NCBI GenBank assembly: GCA_030390025.1
Contig: CM059431.1
Location: 148,926,001 to 148,990,000, forward strand
Length of the DNA stretch: 64,000 nucleotides
Reading direction: 5' to 3'
Source: Squalus acanthias
Taxonomy: Eukaryota
Positions within the stretch are counted from its first letter, which is position 1, and each line of letters begins with the position of its first letter. Of the stretch, positions 13,108-25,064 are shown piece by piece. Both the position numbers and the translations under genes were made by a program. The notes beneath the pieces are model-generated. The model saw only the letters and a program-made list of their open reading frames with translations. It was not told where the DNA came from and did no database searches.

Positions 13108-13312
13108 TTACGGCTTCCGGAAGAATCTGAGCACGAGGTCGCAGGCCAGGCGGAAGACCAGCATAAATAGGAGGAGAATGACGACATTGTCCCAGATCGG
13201 GAGGGTGACGTTAAAAGTGGCCAATATCTCGTCCCTGGGTATGCAGGTAGAGGTGTTGGTTGTGTTTCTGACCATATTGCAGTGCTGATAGGCTGAGTTC
13301 CCCGCTTTACAT
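13108..13312 (-). CDS. ABCG-like terminal exon (last TM helix, stop)
   Basis: Acceptor tgttgcag|, phase 2; CKAGN...LPIWDNVVILLLFMLVFRLACDLVLRFFRKP*. Confidence 0.8.
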
Positions 13313-13329
13313 CTGCAACACAACAAATT

Positions 13330-14335
13330 AATAAATCATTCAGAGATGGTCCCTAACTATCAGGTACATGGTTGAGGGAACAAGTTAAGGAGGGAGTGTG
13401 TGTTTAGAGACGGCCCCTAACTGCCCAGCAGGTAAATGGGGTGGGAGGAGGGAGAGAAGTGAGGAGGGATGGAGGCATATGATTGAGGAGAGAGTGTGTG
13501 AATTAAGGGACAATCCCTAAATATCAATCAGCACTCGGGGGTGAGGGAACAGATTAAGCAGGAAGTGTTTCTTTAGGGACTGTCCCTAATTATCCTCAGG
13601 AATATGTGCAATGGAGCTGATTGATGTGAGTGTGTGTTTTTAGGGGCAGTCCCTAGATAGCCATGAGACACATGGATGAGGGAACTAATTTGAGGAGAGA
13701 GAATGTGTTAGTTTAGGGATGATCCCTAACTATCAGATGAGGGAGCTGATTGATGGGCGTGTGTATGTTTAGGGACAGTCCCTATATAGCCATGAGATAG
13801 ATGGGTAAGGGAACTGGTTTGAGCAGAGAGAGTGTGTTAGCTTATCGATGATCCCTAACTATCAGAGTGAGGGAGCTGATTGATGGGAGTGTGTATGTTT
13901 AGGGACAGTCCATATATAGCCATGAGATAGATGGGTAAGGGAACTGATTTGAGGAGAGAGGATGTGTTAGTTTAGGGATGATCCCTAACTATCAGGGTGA
14001 GGAAGCTGATTGAGGCGGGAGTGTGTGTTTACAGACGGTCCCTAACTATCCATCAGGTATACAGGGTATGGATGCGGGCGAGCCAGACGGATCTGGTTGA
14101 GGTGAGAGCGTGTGTGAGTTTAGGGACGGTCCCTAATTATCAGGATCATGAGTGAGGGAACGGATTGAGGAGTGTATGTGTTTAGGGACGGTCACTAACA
14201 ATCAGGTACATGTGTAAGGGAGCTGATTGAGGTGAGTGTGTGTTTAGGGACAGTCACTAACTATGAGGTATATGTGTAAGGGAGCTGATTGAGGAGAGTG
14301 TGTGTTTAGGGATGGTCACTAACTATTCATCAGGG
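13330..14335. repeat. Degenerate ~55-65-bp tandem repeat with palindromic core, filling an ABCG intron
   Basis: Recurrent tgtgtttagggacggtccctaactatc...gagggagctgattgag; core TTAGGGA-nnn-TCCCTAA. Confidence 0.8.
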
Positions 14336-14359
14336 ACACAGAAGGAGCGAGGTACTCAC

Positions 14360-14568
14360 AGAATGGTGTAATCATCGGAGAATTCCACGCTCAGCATGAC
14401 GTGGAACGGGTAGAGCACAAAGGCCAGGTATCGAGCCCAGCTGAGCCAGGACGACAACCGCTGGATGCAGAACCCACCCAGCAGGAGAGTCGTCATCATG
14501 AAGATAGAGGCGAAGATGATGGACTGGTCAAACCTGAGGAAGACAGCGCTGGCAAACAAACCGATGGA
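14360..14568 (-). CDS. ABCG-like membrane-domain exon
   Basis: tctttctctcag| ... |gtgagt; SIGLFASAVF...LLLGGFCIQRLSSWLSWARYLAF..YPF. Confidence 0.85.
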
Positions 14569-14724
14569 CTGAGAGAAAGAGAGAGGAGGAGGTGTGGAAT
14601 TAATGTCATCCATCGACATGTAAAAACCCACCCGCCTTTATTCCAATGAGCTCGTTAACCCCTCTGCCACCGCACCCCCGCCAACCCCACTTTACTGCTA
14701 CTCTAGGAGTCACTAGGATTCACT

Positions 14725-16853
14725 CTCCCATTTTAGTCAAAATGTCGTGGGTTCGAGCCCCAAAATTCCAGGCCGACACTCCCCCTGGTTGCAAGTACTG
14801 AGTGAGCGTTGCAATATCAGAGGGGCAGTACTGAGGGAGCGCTGCACTGTCGGAGGGGGAGTACTGAGGGAGTGCTGCACTGTTGGAGGAGCAGTACTGA
14901 GGGAGCGCCGCACTGTCAGAGGGTCAGTACTGAGGGAGCGCTGCACTTTCGGAAAGGCAGTACTGAGGGAGCGCTGCACTGTCGGAGGGTCAGTACTGAG
15001 GGAGCGCAGCACTGCACTGTCGGAGGGTCAGTACTGAGGGAGCGCTTCAGTGTTGGAGGGGCAGTACTGAGGGAGCGCTGCACTGTTGGAGGGTCAGTAC
15101 TGAGGGAGCGCAGCACTGTCGGAGGGGCAGTGCTGAGGGAGCGCTGCACTGTCGGATGGGCAGTACTGAGGGAGCGCCGCACTGTCGGAGGGGCAGTACT
15201 GAGGGAGCGCCGCACTTTCGGAGGGGCAGTATTGAGGGAGCGCTGCACTGTCGGGGAGGCAGTACTGTGGGAGCGCTGCTCTGTCGGAGGCGCTGTACTG
15301 AGGGAGCGCCGCACTGTCGAAGGGGTAGTAATGAGAGATCGCCGCACTTTCAGAGGGACAGTACTGAATGAGCGCCGCACTGTCGGAATGGCAGTACGGA
15401 GGGAATTCAGTCCTTTCGGAAGGGTAGCATTGAGTGTGCACTGCACTTTCAGAGGGGCAGTACTGAGGGAGCGCTGCACTGTCGGAGGCGCAGTACAGAG
15501 GGAGCGATGCACTGTCAGAGGGGCAGTACTGAGGGAGCGCTGCAATGTCGGAGGGGCAGTACTGAGGGAGCGCTGCACTGTCGGAGGTGCAGCACTGAGG
15601 GATCACTGCACTGTTGGAGGGGCAGTATTGAGGGTGTGCTGCACTGTCGGTGGGCCAGTACTGAGGGAGCACTACACTGTCAGAGGTTTAGTACTGAGTG
15701 AGCACTGCACTGTCGGAGGGGCAGCACTGAGGAAGTGCTGCAATGTCGGAGAGGCATTACTGAGGCGTCGCTGCACTGTCGGAGACGCAGTACAGAGGGA
15801 GCGCTGCACGTTTGGATTTCCAGTACTGAGGGAGCGCTGCACTGTTGGAGGGCATTACTGAGGGAGAGATGCACTGTCGGTGGGGCAGCACTGAGGGTGC
15901 GCTGCACTATCGGAGGGGCAGTACTGAGGAACGCTGCACTGTTGGAGTGTCAGTCCAGATGGAGCGCTGCACTGTCGGAGGGGCAGTACTGTGAGAGCGC
16001 TGCAAAGTCAGAGGGTCAGTACTGAGGGAGCGCTGCAATGTCGGAGGGGCAGTACTGAGGGAGCGCTGCACTGTCAGATCGTCAGTCCAGAGGTAGCGCC
16101 GCACTGTCAGAGGGGCAGTACTGAGGGAGCGCTGCACTGTCAGAGGGTCAGTACTGAGAGAGCGCTGCAATGTCGGAGGGGCAGTACTGAGGGAGCACTG
16201 CACTGTCGGAGGGTCAGTACAGAGGGAGTGCTGCTCTGTCGAAGGGGCAGTACTGAGGGAGCGCTGCACTGTCAGAGGGGCAGTACTGAAGGAGCGCTGC
16301 TCTGTCGGAGGGGCAGTACTGAGGTAGTGCTGCATTGTAGGAGGGGCAGAAATGAAGGAGCGCAGCCCTGTCAGAGGGCAGTACTGAGGATATGCTACAC
16401 TGTCGGAAGGGCAGTACTGAGGGAGCGCTGCACTGTCAGAGGGGCAGTAATGAGGGGGCGCTGCACAGTCGGAGGGGCAGTACTGAGAGAGCGCTGTACT
16501 GTGGGAGGGTCTGTACTGAGGGGGCGCTGCACTGTCGGATGTGCCGTCGTTCAGATGAGACTTTAAACTGAGATCAACATATGTCCTCTGAGGCGGACAA
16601 AAAGAACCCTCGGACCTTATTTCGAACAAGAACGGGGGAGTCCAGGGACCCAATATTTATCCCTCAACCAACATCACTAAGGGTACAGCTTATGTGGCAA
16701 TTTATCACATTCCTGTTTGTCGGAGCTTTCTGTGCGTAAATTGGCTACTGCGCTTCCTACAATACAACAGTGACTACACCTCAAAGCATTATTTCATTGG
16801 CTGTGGAGGGCTTTGGAACATCCTGGGGTTGTGAAAGGTGCTATATAAATGCA
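14725..16853 (+). mobile_element. Deu-domain-type SINE (SacSINE1-like) with internal 33-bp minisatellite expansion (~14790-16535)
   Basis: Head with B-box-like gtgggttcgagccc; ~52 units of cactgtcggaggggcagtactgagggagcgctg; SINE body resumes (gtgccgtcgttcagatgagac...tatttatccctcaaccaacatc...gtgaaaggtgctatataaatgca). Family name is from memory. Confidence 0.75.
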
Positions 16854-16855
16854 CA

Positions 16856-16999
16856 TTGTCAGGGTAATGTAGAGCGAGCTCTATACTGTATCTAACTTCT
16901 GCTGTACCTGCCCTGGGAGCGCTCGATGCTGACACTGGGTATAAAGTGGGGACCCATGTCAGGGTAATGTAGAGGGAGTTCTAAACTGTATCTAAACCG
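16856..16999 (-). repeat. ~100-bp satellite (reverse orientation); continues at 19108-19322 after a CR1 insertion
   Basis: Reverse complement of the 8937-10080 unit on both sides of the CR1 at 17000-19108. Confidence 0.85.
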
Positions 17000-19108
17000 A
17001 TCGCATGGATGAACCATAGAATTTGATCATCACTGCTTGGCATAAAATTAACAAAAAAAGTTGACTCAAACGTGGCTAACAAGAGAAATTAGGGATAGCA
17101 TAAGATCCAAAGAGAGGACATATAAAATGGCCAGAAAAAGCAGCAAACCTGACGATTGGGAGCAGTTTAGGATTCAGCAAATGAGGACAAAGGGATTAAT
17201 TAAGAGGGGGAAAATAGAGTATGAGAGTAAGCTTGTGGGGAACATAAAAGCAGACTGTAAAAGCTTCTAAAGATATGTGAAGAGAAAAAGATTGGTGAAG
17301 TCAAGTGTAGGTCCCTTGCAGTCAGAATCAGGGGAATTTATAATGGGGAACAAAGAAATGGCTGACCAATTAAATACATAGTTTGGTTCTGTCTTCACAA
17401 AGGAGGATACAAATAACCTCCCAGAGATGTCGGGGAACATAGGGTCTAATGAGAGTGAAGAACTGAATGAAATTAGTATTTGTAGGGAAATGGTGTTCGG
17501 GAAATTGATGGGATTGAAGGCCGATAAATCCCCAGGGCCTGATAATCTACATCCTAGGACACTTAAGGAAGTGGCCCTAGAAATAGTAGATGCATTGCTG
17601 GTCATCTTCCAAAATTCTATAGAATCTGGAACAGTTCCCATGGATTGGAGGGTAGCTAATGTAACCCCACTATTTAAAAAAGGTGGGAGAGAGAAAATGG
17701 GGAATTTTTGTCCGGTAAGCCTGACATCGATAGTTGGGAAAATGCTAGAGTCCATTATAAAAGATGTAATAGCAGAGCTCTTGGAAAACAGTGACAGGAT
17801 CGGACAACGTCAACATGGATTTACAAAATGTAAATCATGCTTGACTAATCTACTGGAATTTTTTGAGGATATAACTGGTAGAATAGATAAGGGAGAAGCA
17901 GTGGATGTGGAGTATTTGGACTTTCAGAAGGCTTTTGATAAGGTCCGGCATAAGAGATTGGCGTGTAAAGTTAAAGCACATGGATTGGGGGCAAGCTATT
18001 GACTTGGATAGAAAACTGCTTGGCAGACAGGAAGCAAAGAGTTGGAATAAACGGGTCTTTTTCCGAGTGCCAGGCAGTGACTAGTGGGGTACCACAGGGA
18101 TCGGTGCTAGGACCCCAGTTATTCACCATATATATTAATGATCTAGACGAGGGAACTAGATGTAATATCTCCAAGTTTGCAGACGACACAAAGCTGGGTG
18201 GGCATGTGTGTTGTGAGGAGGATGCAGAGAAAGTCCAGAATGATTTGGACAAGTTGGGTGATTGGGCAGATGCATGGCAGATGCAGGATAATGTGGATAA
18301 ATGCGAGGTTATCCACTTTGGTGGCAAAAACTGGAAGACAGATTATTATCTGAACGGCAATAGATTGGGAACAGGGGAAGTGCAACGAGACCTGGGAGTC
18401 CTTGTGCACCAGTCGTTGAAGGTAAGCATACAGTTGCAGCAGGCGGTTAAGAAGGCAAATGGTATGTTGGCCTTCATAGCGAGAGGATTCGAATACAGGA
18501 GCAAGGATGTCTTGCTGCAGTTGTACAGGGCCTTGGTGAGACCGCACCTTGAGTATTGTGTGCAGTTTTGGTGGCCTTTTCTGAGGAAGGATGTTCTTGC
18601 CATGGAGGGAGTGCAGCGAAGATTCACCAGACTGATACCTGGGATGGCAGGTATGACGTATAAAGAGAGATTGGGACGATTGGGCTTGTATTCGATAGAG
18701 TTTAGAAGAATGAGAGGGGAGCTCATTGAAACTTATAAAATTCTTACAGGACTAGACAAACTAGATGCAGGAAGGATATTCCCGATGGCGGGGGAGTCCA
18801 GAACCAGGGGTCTAAGTCTCAGCATGAGGGGTAAGCCATTTAGGACTGAGATGAGGAGGAATTTCTTCACCCAAAGAGTGGTGAACCTGTGAAATTTTCT
18901 ACCACACAAGGCAGTTGAGGCCAATTTATTAAATATATTCAAGAAGGAGATAGATATATTTCTTAAGGCTAAAGGGGTCAAGGGATATGGGGAGAAAGCA
19001 GGGACAGTGTACTGAATTTGGATGATCAGCCATGATCTCATTAAATGGCGGAGCAGGCTCGAGGGACCGAATGGCCTACTCCTGCTCCTATCTTCTCTTT
19101 TTCTATGT
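17000..19108 (+). mobile_element. CR1-type LINE, 5'-truncated, ORF2 RT with 3' tail
   Basis: Long ORF pieces 17427-18002 and 17999-18892 with RT motifs (FADDTKLGG); CR1 3' UTR; same subfamily as 1166-2914. Confidence 0.95.
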
Positions 19109-19333
19109 ACCTGCCCTGGGAGCGCTCGATGCTGACATTGGGTATAAAGTGGGGGACACACTGTCTGGGTACTGTAGAGGGAGCTCTACACTGTATCTAA
19201 TCCGTGCTGTACCTGCCCTGGGAGCTGACACTGGGTATAAAGTGGGGGTGGGGGGGTGCGGGGACATTGTCGGTGGAGTGCAAAGTGAACTCTATATTGT
19301 ATCTAACTTGTGCTGTACCTGCCGCTCACTTAC

Positions 19334-19548
19334 CTGTGCTGTCACTGCGCTGAGCATTATCAGACCCAAATCTATGAAGTGGGCAGACACTCCATTGAGA
19401 CCGCCCATCCAGAAGGCAATGGTCATGCTGACGGCTGGCTGGATGATGGTCAAGTGCAACTCGCTTGTCATCTTGGCCAGATAGTACGCAGACAGGAGGT
19501 AGGACTCAGCCAGCCTTTCCGTGTTGATGATTGGCCGTTCCACTGGGA
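19334..19548 (-). CDS. ABCG-like membrane-domain exon
   Basis: gtctttcag| phase 1 ... CAG|gtaagt; (F)PVERPIINTERLAESYLLSAYYLAKMTSELHLTIIQP...LSAVTAQ. Confidence 0.88.
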
Positions 19549-19821
19549 CTGAAAGACACAAGAAGTCCTCTGAGACCGTGTAGAGCCTGGGGCCCCCTGA
19601 CCCTATAGAAAAGGCTCACTTAGAACGAGTGAGCGGCTGTGACTCCCAGGTTAATACAGCCGCACCCTCGCACACGTGCACACAGACCCACACTGGCACA
19701 CACACATCCACACCCGCACACAGACCCACACACACACACAAACACACACACACACTCACCCTCCCATGGACTATACGCTAACTAGATCTATTACAGTAGG
19801 TGTGAGGTTGGTGAAACTCAC

Positions 19822-19879
19822 ATGAAGATAAGGACTCGAACATTGGAGAGAATCCCCAGAATATGAGCAGAAAGGAAAG
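19822..19879 (-). CDS. ABCG-like 58-nt exon (not in ORF track)
   Basis: ttgttgtttcag| LSFLLIFWGFSPMFESLSS + T |gtgagt; the last T completes TTC (F) of FPVER in the next exon. Confidence 0.8.
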
Positions 19880-19944
19880 CTGAAACAACAATGAAGGAGA
19901 CAGATTAGCAAAACTTCCAGCTCACCCGAGTCAATCAAGTTGCT

Positions 19945-21235
19945 CAGCGTTCCTGAGTACTGGCCCTTCGATAGTGCAGTGCTCCCTCAGTACTACCCCT
20001 CCGATAATGCAGTGCTACCTCAGAACTGCCGCTCCGAAAGTGCAGCGCTCCCTCAGTGCTGTCCCTCCGACAGTGCAGCGCTCCCTCAATACCGACCCTC
20101 CGACACTGCAGAGCTCCCTTAGTATTGCCCCGCCGACAGTGCAGCGCTCCCTCAGTACTGACCCTCCGACAGTGCAGCGCTCCCTCAGTACAGCCCCTCC
20201 GACAGTGCAGGGATCCCTCAGTACTGCCACTCCGACAGTGCAGCCCTCCCTCAGTACTGCCCCTCCGACAGTGCGACGCTCCCTCAATACAGCCCCTCCG
20301 AGAGCGCAGCGCTCCCTCAGTACTGACCCTCCGACAGTGCAGCACTACCTCTGTGCTGGACCTCCGACAGCGCGGCGCTCCCTCAGTGCTGCCCCTCCGA
20401 CAGTGTAGCTCTCCATCAGTACTGCCCCTTCCACAGTACAGCACTCCCTCAGTACTGCCACTTCTACAGTGCAGTCCTCCATCAGTACTGCCCCTTCCGA
20501 CAGTGCAGCATTCCCTCAGTACTGCCCCTCCGACAGAGCAGCGCTCTCTCAGTACTGCACCTCCGACAGTGCGGCGCTCCCTCAGTACTGCCCCTACGAC
20601 AGTGCAGCGCTCCCTCAGTACTGCCCCTCCGACAGTGCAGCGCTCCCTCAGTACTGACCCTCCGACAGTGTGTCGCTCCCTCAGTACTGCCCCTCCGACA
20701 GTGCAGAGCTCCCTCAGTACTGAGCCTTCGACTGTGCAGCGCTCGCTCAGTAGTGGCCCTCCGACTTTGCAGCGCTCCCTCAGTACTGCCCCTCCGAAAT
20801 TGCAGCGCTCCCTCAGTACTGCCCCTCCAACACTGCAGCGCTCCCTCAGTACTGCCCCTCCGACATTGCAGAGCTCTCTCAATACTGACCCTCCGACAGT
20901 GTAGCACTCCCTCAGTGCTGACCCTCCGACAGTGTAGCTCTCCCTCACTAATGCCCCTCCGACAATGCAGTGCTCACTCAGTACTGCCCCTCTGCCAGTG
21001 CAGCGCTCCCTCAGTACAGCCCCTCCGACATTGCAGAGCTCTCTCAATACTGACCCTCCGACAGTGCAGCGCTCCCTCAGTACTGCCACTCCGACAGTGC
21101 AGCGCTCCCTCAGTACTGCCCCTCCGACAGTGCAGCGCTCCCTCAGTACTGCCCCTCCGACAGTGCAGCGCTCCCTCAGTACTGCCCCTCCGACAGTGCA
21201 GCGCTCCCTCAGTACTGGCGCTCCCTCAGTTCTGC
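19945..21235 (-). repeat. 33-bp SINE-derived minisatellite (reverse orientation)
   Basis: Unit cagcgctccctcagtactgcccctccgacagtg. Confidence 0.95.
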
Positions 21236-21271
21236 TCCTCGGCTTCGCGAATGGTTTCTATGGAAGTGAGA

Positions 21272-21481
21272 GGGCCCGGATCTGTTCCTCCACCTTCGGG
21301 ATTTGCCACCAAATGACACCGGGAATGATGGCCATGATAAGGGTCTTGATGAGGTTGAGCCAGGACAGGATGACCCATCGCCTTTGCTTGAAGTTGCGGG
21401 CTGTCAGGGTGCGGTACTGTGTCCAAAATGAAGAGGCCCATCTTCTGTTCTGCTCTTCCTCCATGGCCAGAGAGGACTCAC
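21272..21481 (-). pseudogene. ABCG-like exon (start of membrane domain) lacking its splice donor
   Basis: ggttcag| phase 1; ESSLAMEEEQNRRWASSFWTQYRTLTARNFKQ...GVIWWQIPKVEEQIR; ~31 bp containing the gtacgt donor seen in the paralogous copies is missing. Confidence 0.8.
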
Positions 21482-21504
21482 CTGAACCACCGGGAGGGAG
21501 AGAC

Positions 21505-24195
21505 TTGATTTAGATTGTTACATCCAAGGTTCATGGATATAGAAGGTTCCTCCTGAGAGCCTGAGTCTAACCCTCTTCTTAAACCCCTCTCCACTGTCTC
21601 CTCCACCCGCACCTCCAACAACAAGTGTGCGAAACTCATGGACTTCTTTGTCTCTAAGATTGAGACCATCTGTTCAGCTGCCTCTGTCTCTTCCCTTCCT
21701 TCCCCTAGCCCACCGGGCCAAACTTCCTCTAAGGTTCCTCCCTGCCCTAGCCCTGAACTCACATCTTTATCCAATTTCTCTCCGATTTCCCCTCATGACC
21801 TCTCCGCGCTCATCTTGTCCATGAGACTCACTTCCTGCTCCCTCGAACCTAATCCCACCAAACTGCTGACTACGCAACTTCCTTTTCTGGCTCCCATGTT
21901 AGCTGACATTGTTAATGTTTTTTCTCCGCTCAGGTACTGTCCCCCTCTCCCACAAATCTGCCGTCATCACCCCTCTCCTCAGAAAACCTACCCTTGATCC
22001 CTCCGTCGTTGCAAACTACCGCCCCATCTCCAACCTCCCTTTCCTCTCCAAAGTCCTTGAACGTGTTGTCGCCTCCCAAATCCGTGCCCATCTTTCCCGC
22101 AATTCCATGTTTTTTTTCCCTCCAATCGGGTTACTGCCCTTGCCACAGTACCGAAACAGCTCTCATCAAAGTCACAAATGACATCCTTTGTGACTGTGAC
22201 AAAGGTAAACTATCCCTCCTCGTCCTTCTTGACTTGTCTGCAGCCTTTGACATGGTCGACCACTCCATCCTTCTCCAACGCCTCTCCACCGTCGTCCAGC
22301 TGGGTGGGACTGCACTCGCCTGGTTCCATTCTTATTTATCTAATCGTAGCCAGAGAATCACCTGCAACGGCTTCTCTTCCCACTCCCGCATTGTTACCTC
22401 TGGTGTCCCCCTAGGATCCATTCTTGGCCCCCTCCTATTTCTCATCTACATGTTGCCCCTTGGCGACATCATCTGAAAACACAGCGTCAGTTTCCACATG
22501 TCCGCTGACGACACCCAGCTCTACCTCACCACCATCTCTTCTTTCGACCCTTTCCACGGTCTCTAAAATGTCAGACAGCTTTTGGATGGGCAGAAATTTT
22601 CTCCAATTAAATATTGGTTAGACCAAAGCCATTGTTTTCAGTCCCCGCTGCAAACTCCGTTCCCTAGCCACTGACTCCATCCCTCTCCCTTATATCTGTC
22701 TGAGGCTGAACCACACTGTTCGCAACCTTGCTGTCTAATTTGACCCTGAAATGAGCTTCCGACCACATATCCGCGGCAGAACAAAGACCGCCTACTTCCA
22801 CCTCCGTAACATCGCCCATCTCCGCCCCTGCCTCAGCTCATCCGCTGCTGAAACCCTCATCCATGCCTTTGTTACCTCTAGACTTGACTATTCCAACGCT
22901 CTCCTGGCTGGCCTCCCACACTCTACCCTACGTCAATTTGAGGTCATCCAAAACTAGGCTGCCCGTGTCCTAACTCGCACCAAGTCCCGTTCACCCATCA
23001 CCCCTGTGCTCGCTGACCTACAATGGCTCCCGATTAACGCCTCAATTTCAAAATTATCATCCTTGTTTTCAAATCCGTCCATGGCCTCGGCCCTCCCTAT
23101 CTCTGTAATCTCCTCCAGCCCCACAAACCCCCCGAGATATCTGCGCTCCTCTAATTCTGCCCTCTTGAGCACCCCTGATTATAATCGCTCAACCATTGGT
23201 GGCCGTGCCTTCTGTTGCCTGGGCCCTAAGCTTTGGAATTCCCTCCCTAAACCTCTCTGCCTCTCTACCTCTCTTTCCTCCTTTAAGACGCTCCTTAAAA
23301 ACTACCCCTTTGACCAAGCTTTTGGTCACCTGCCCTAATATCTCCTTATGTGGCTCGGTGTCAAATTATTGGCCCAGAAATTGATCTCGCTCTGTTCCCG
23401 CGGGGGTAAGGCTTTCCCGCGATCTCTCACCTCGCTTGTGCTTTTTCAGATCCAGCTCGCACGAACTTGATGTTCTAGAGATCAGCTGGGCAGTGCTTGC
23501 GTATCCCAGCGGCGTAGTGAATTCGTGCGAGCTGTGGGATCACGTGACTCAGTTAGAGCCAATGGCAGCACACCATCTTCCATTCATAAGTTTCACATAG
23601 GTGCTGTGAAATCTATGAATCTTACACCCCCCGCAAAATAACAGCTAAACCTCAATTAAATTTAAAAAAAAACCATCACATTAATAAAATAAGTATAGTT
23701 AATTAAATTAACCATTTTAAATAAAAAATTAAATTTTTGAAAAAATTTAAAATCTTTTAAAAAGTTATAAAAGTAAACTTACCTGTCTTTAAAGTCTCTA
23801 AAAAAGATATACCTGTTAAAAAGTTTTTTAAAAAATACTTAATTCACTACTTACCTTCTTAAAAGTGGGTCTTACTCCTCCTTTTGACATTTCTAAAATG
23901 GTCAGTACTTACCTGCGCGTCCAAAGCATGAAGTGCACAGCGTGCGCGCAGCCTGTAGCGCGCACGCGATGCACCGAGGAACCGCCCCCATTTCAAAAGA
24001 GCAATTGCCGGTTTTCAGCGCATGCGCAGGGCATGCAGAAAACCGGCAATTGGAGTGGAAATACGCCAGAGTACGCAGTGCGTACTCTCGCGTCGTGGGA
24101 TCAATTTCTGGGCCATTGTCTTATAAAACTCCTGTGAAGCATCTTAGCACATTTTACCACGTTAAGGGCGCTATACAAATGCAAGTTGCTGTTGT
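21505..24195 (+). mobile_element. L2-type LINE, RT to 3' tail, interrupted by a MITE
   Basis: NYRPISNLPFLSKVLERVV, HSTETAL, LLDLSAAFD.VDH, LIHAFVTSRLDYSN; tail ggcgctatacaaatgcaagttgctgttg. Confidence 0.93.
23371..24114. mobile_element. Non-autonomous DNA transposon (MITE), Harbinger-type
   Basis: Perfect 16-bp TIR ggcccagaaattgatc / gatcaatttctgggcc; 3-bp TSD ATT; AT-rich core; second copy at 57827-58568. Confidence 0.9.
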
Positions 24196-24790
24196 TTATA
24201 CCCAGTGTCAGCATCGAGCGCTGCCAGGGCAGGTACAGCATGGGTTAGATACAGTCTACATCTCCCTCTGCATCACCCTGACAGTGTGTCCCTACTTTAT
24301 ACCCAGTGTCAGCATCGAGCGCTGCCAAGGCAGGTACAGCATTGGTTAGATACAGTGTAGAGCTCCCTGTACATTACCCTGACACTGTATCCCCACTTTA
24401 TACCCAGTGTCAGCATCGAGCGCTCCCAGGGCAGGTACAGCACGGGTTAGATACAGTGTAGAGCTCCCTTTACATTACCCTGACAGTGTGTCCCCCACTT
24501 TATACCCAGTGTCAACATCGAGCGCTCCCAGGGCAGATACAGCACGGGTTAGATACAGTGTAGAGCTCCCTTTACATTACCCTGACAGTGTGTCCCCACA
24601 CTTTATACCCAGTGTTGGCATCGAGGGCTCTCAGGGCAGGTACAGCATGGGTTAGATACAGTGTAGAGCTCCCTCTACATTACCCTGACAGTGTGTCCCC
24701 CACTTTATACCCAGTTTCAGCATCGAGGGTTCCCAGGGCAGATACAGCACGGGTTAGATATAGTGTAGAGCTCCCTCTACAATACCCTGG
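24195..24790 (+). repeat. ~100-bp satellite, ~6 units
   Basis: Same unit as 8937-10080. Confidence 0.92.
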
Positions 24791-24825
24791 CAGTGAGTCC
24801 CTGAGATTTGGGGAATAATCGGTAC

Positions 24826-24950
24826 CTTTCTTCTGTGCGTGGTTGAATCCTGTCTGCAGAAGATGCTTCTTCATGGTGAGGCCATTGGGACTTGCATCAT
24901 CTGGTACCTCAGTGTAACCAGGATCCCATGGTGATTCCAGGCTGTTTTTT
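24826..24950 (-). CDS. Candidate ABCG-like linker exon
   Basis: ccccattcctag| phase 2, KNSLESPWDPGY...GFNHAQKK G|gtaccg phase 1; both phases match the neighbouring exons; donor is weak and the sequence is not a conserved motif. Confidence 0.5.
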
Positions 24951-25064
24951 CTAGGAATGGGGAGGAATCAGGTAACAGACAGGAGCGTCGCTCCGTTAGT
25001 TTAAAGGCACAACGCTGAAATCAATTTGATAATTAGTTAGTGCTAAACTTATATCAATCAATGG

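Noticed and set aside
14737..16653. Long ORFs (up to 381 aa) in the 33-bp arrays here and at 20, 39-40 and 44-45 kb
   Set aside because: The unit length is a multiple of 3 and stop-poor, giving periodic pseudo-ORFs in several frames on both strands
19675..19760. CA-rich tract
   Set aside because: Ordinary imperfect (CA)n microsatellite in an intron
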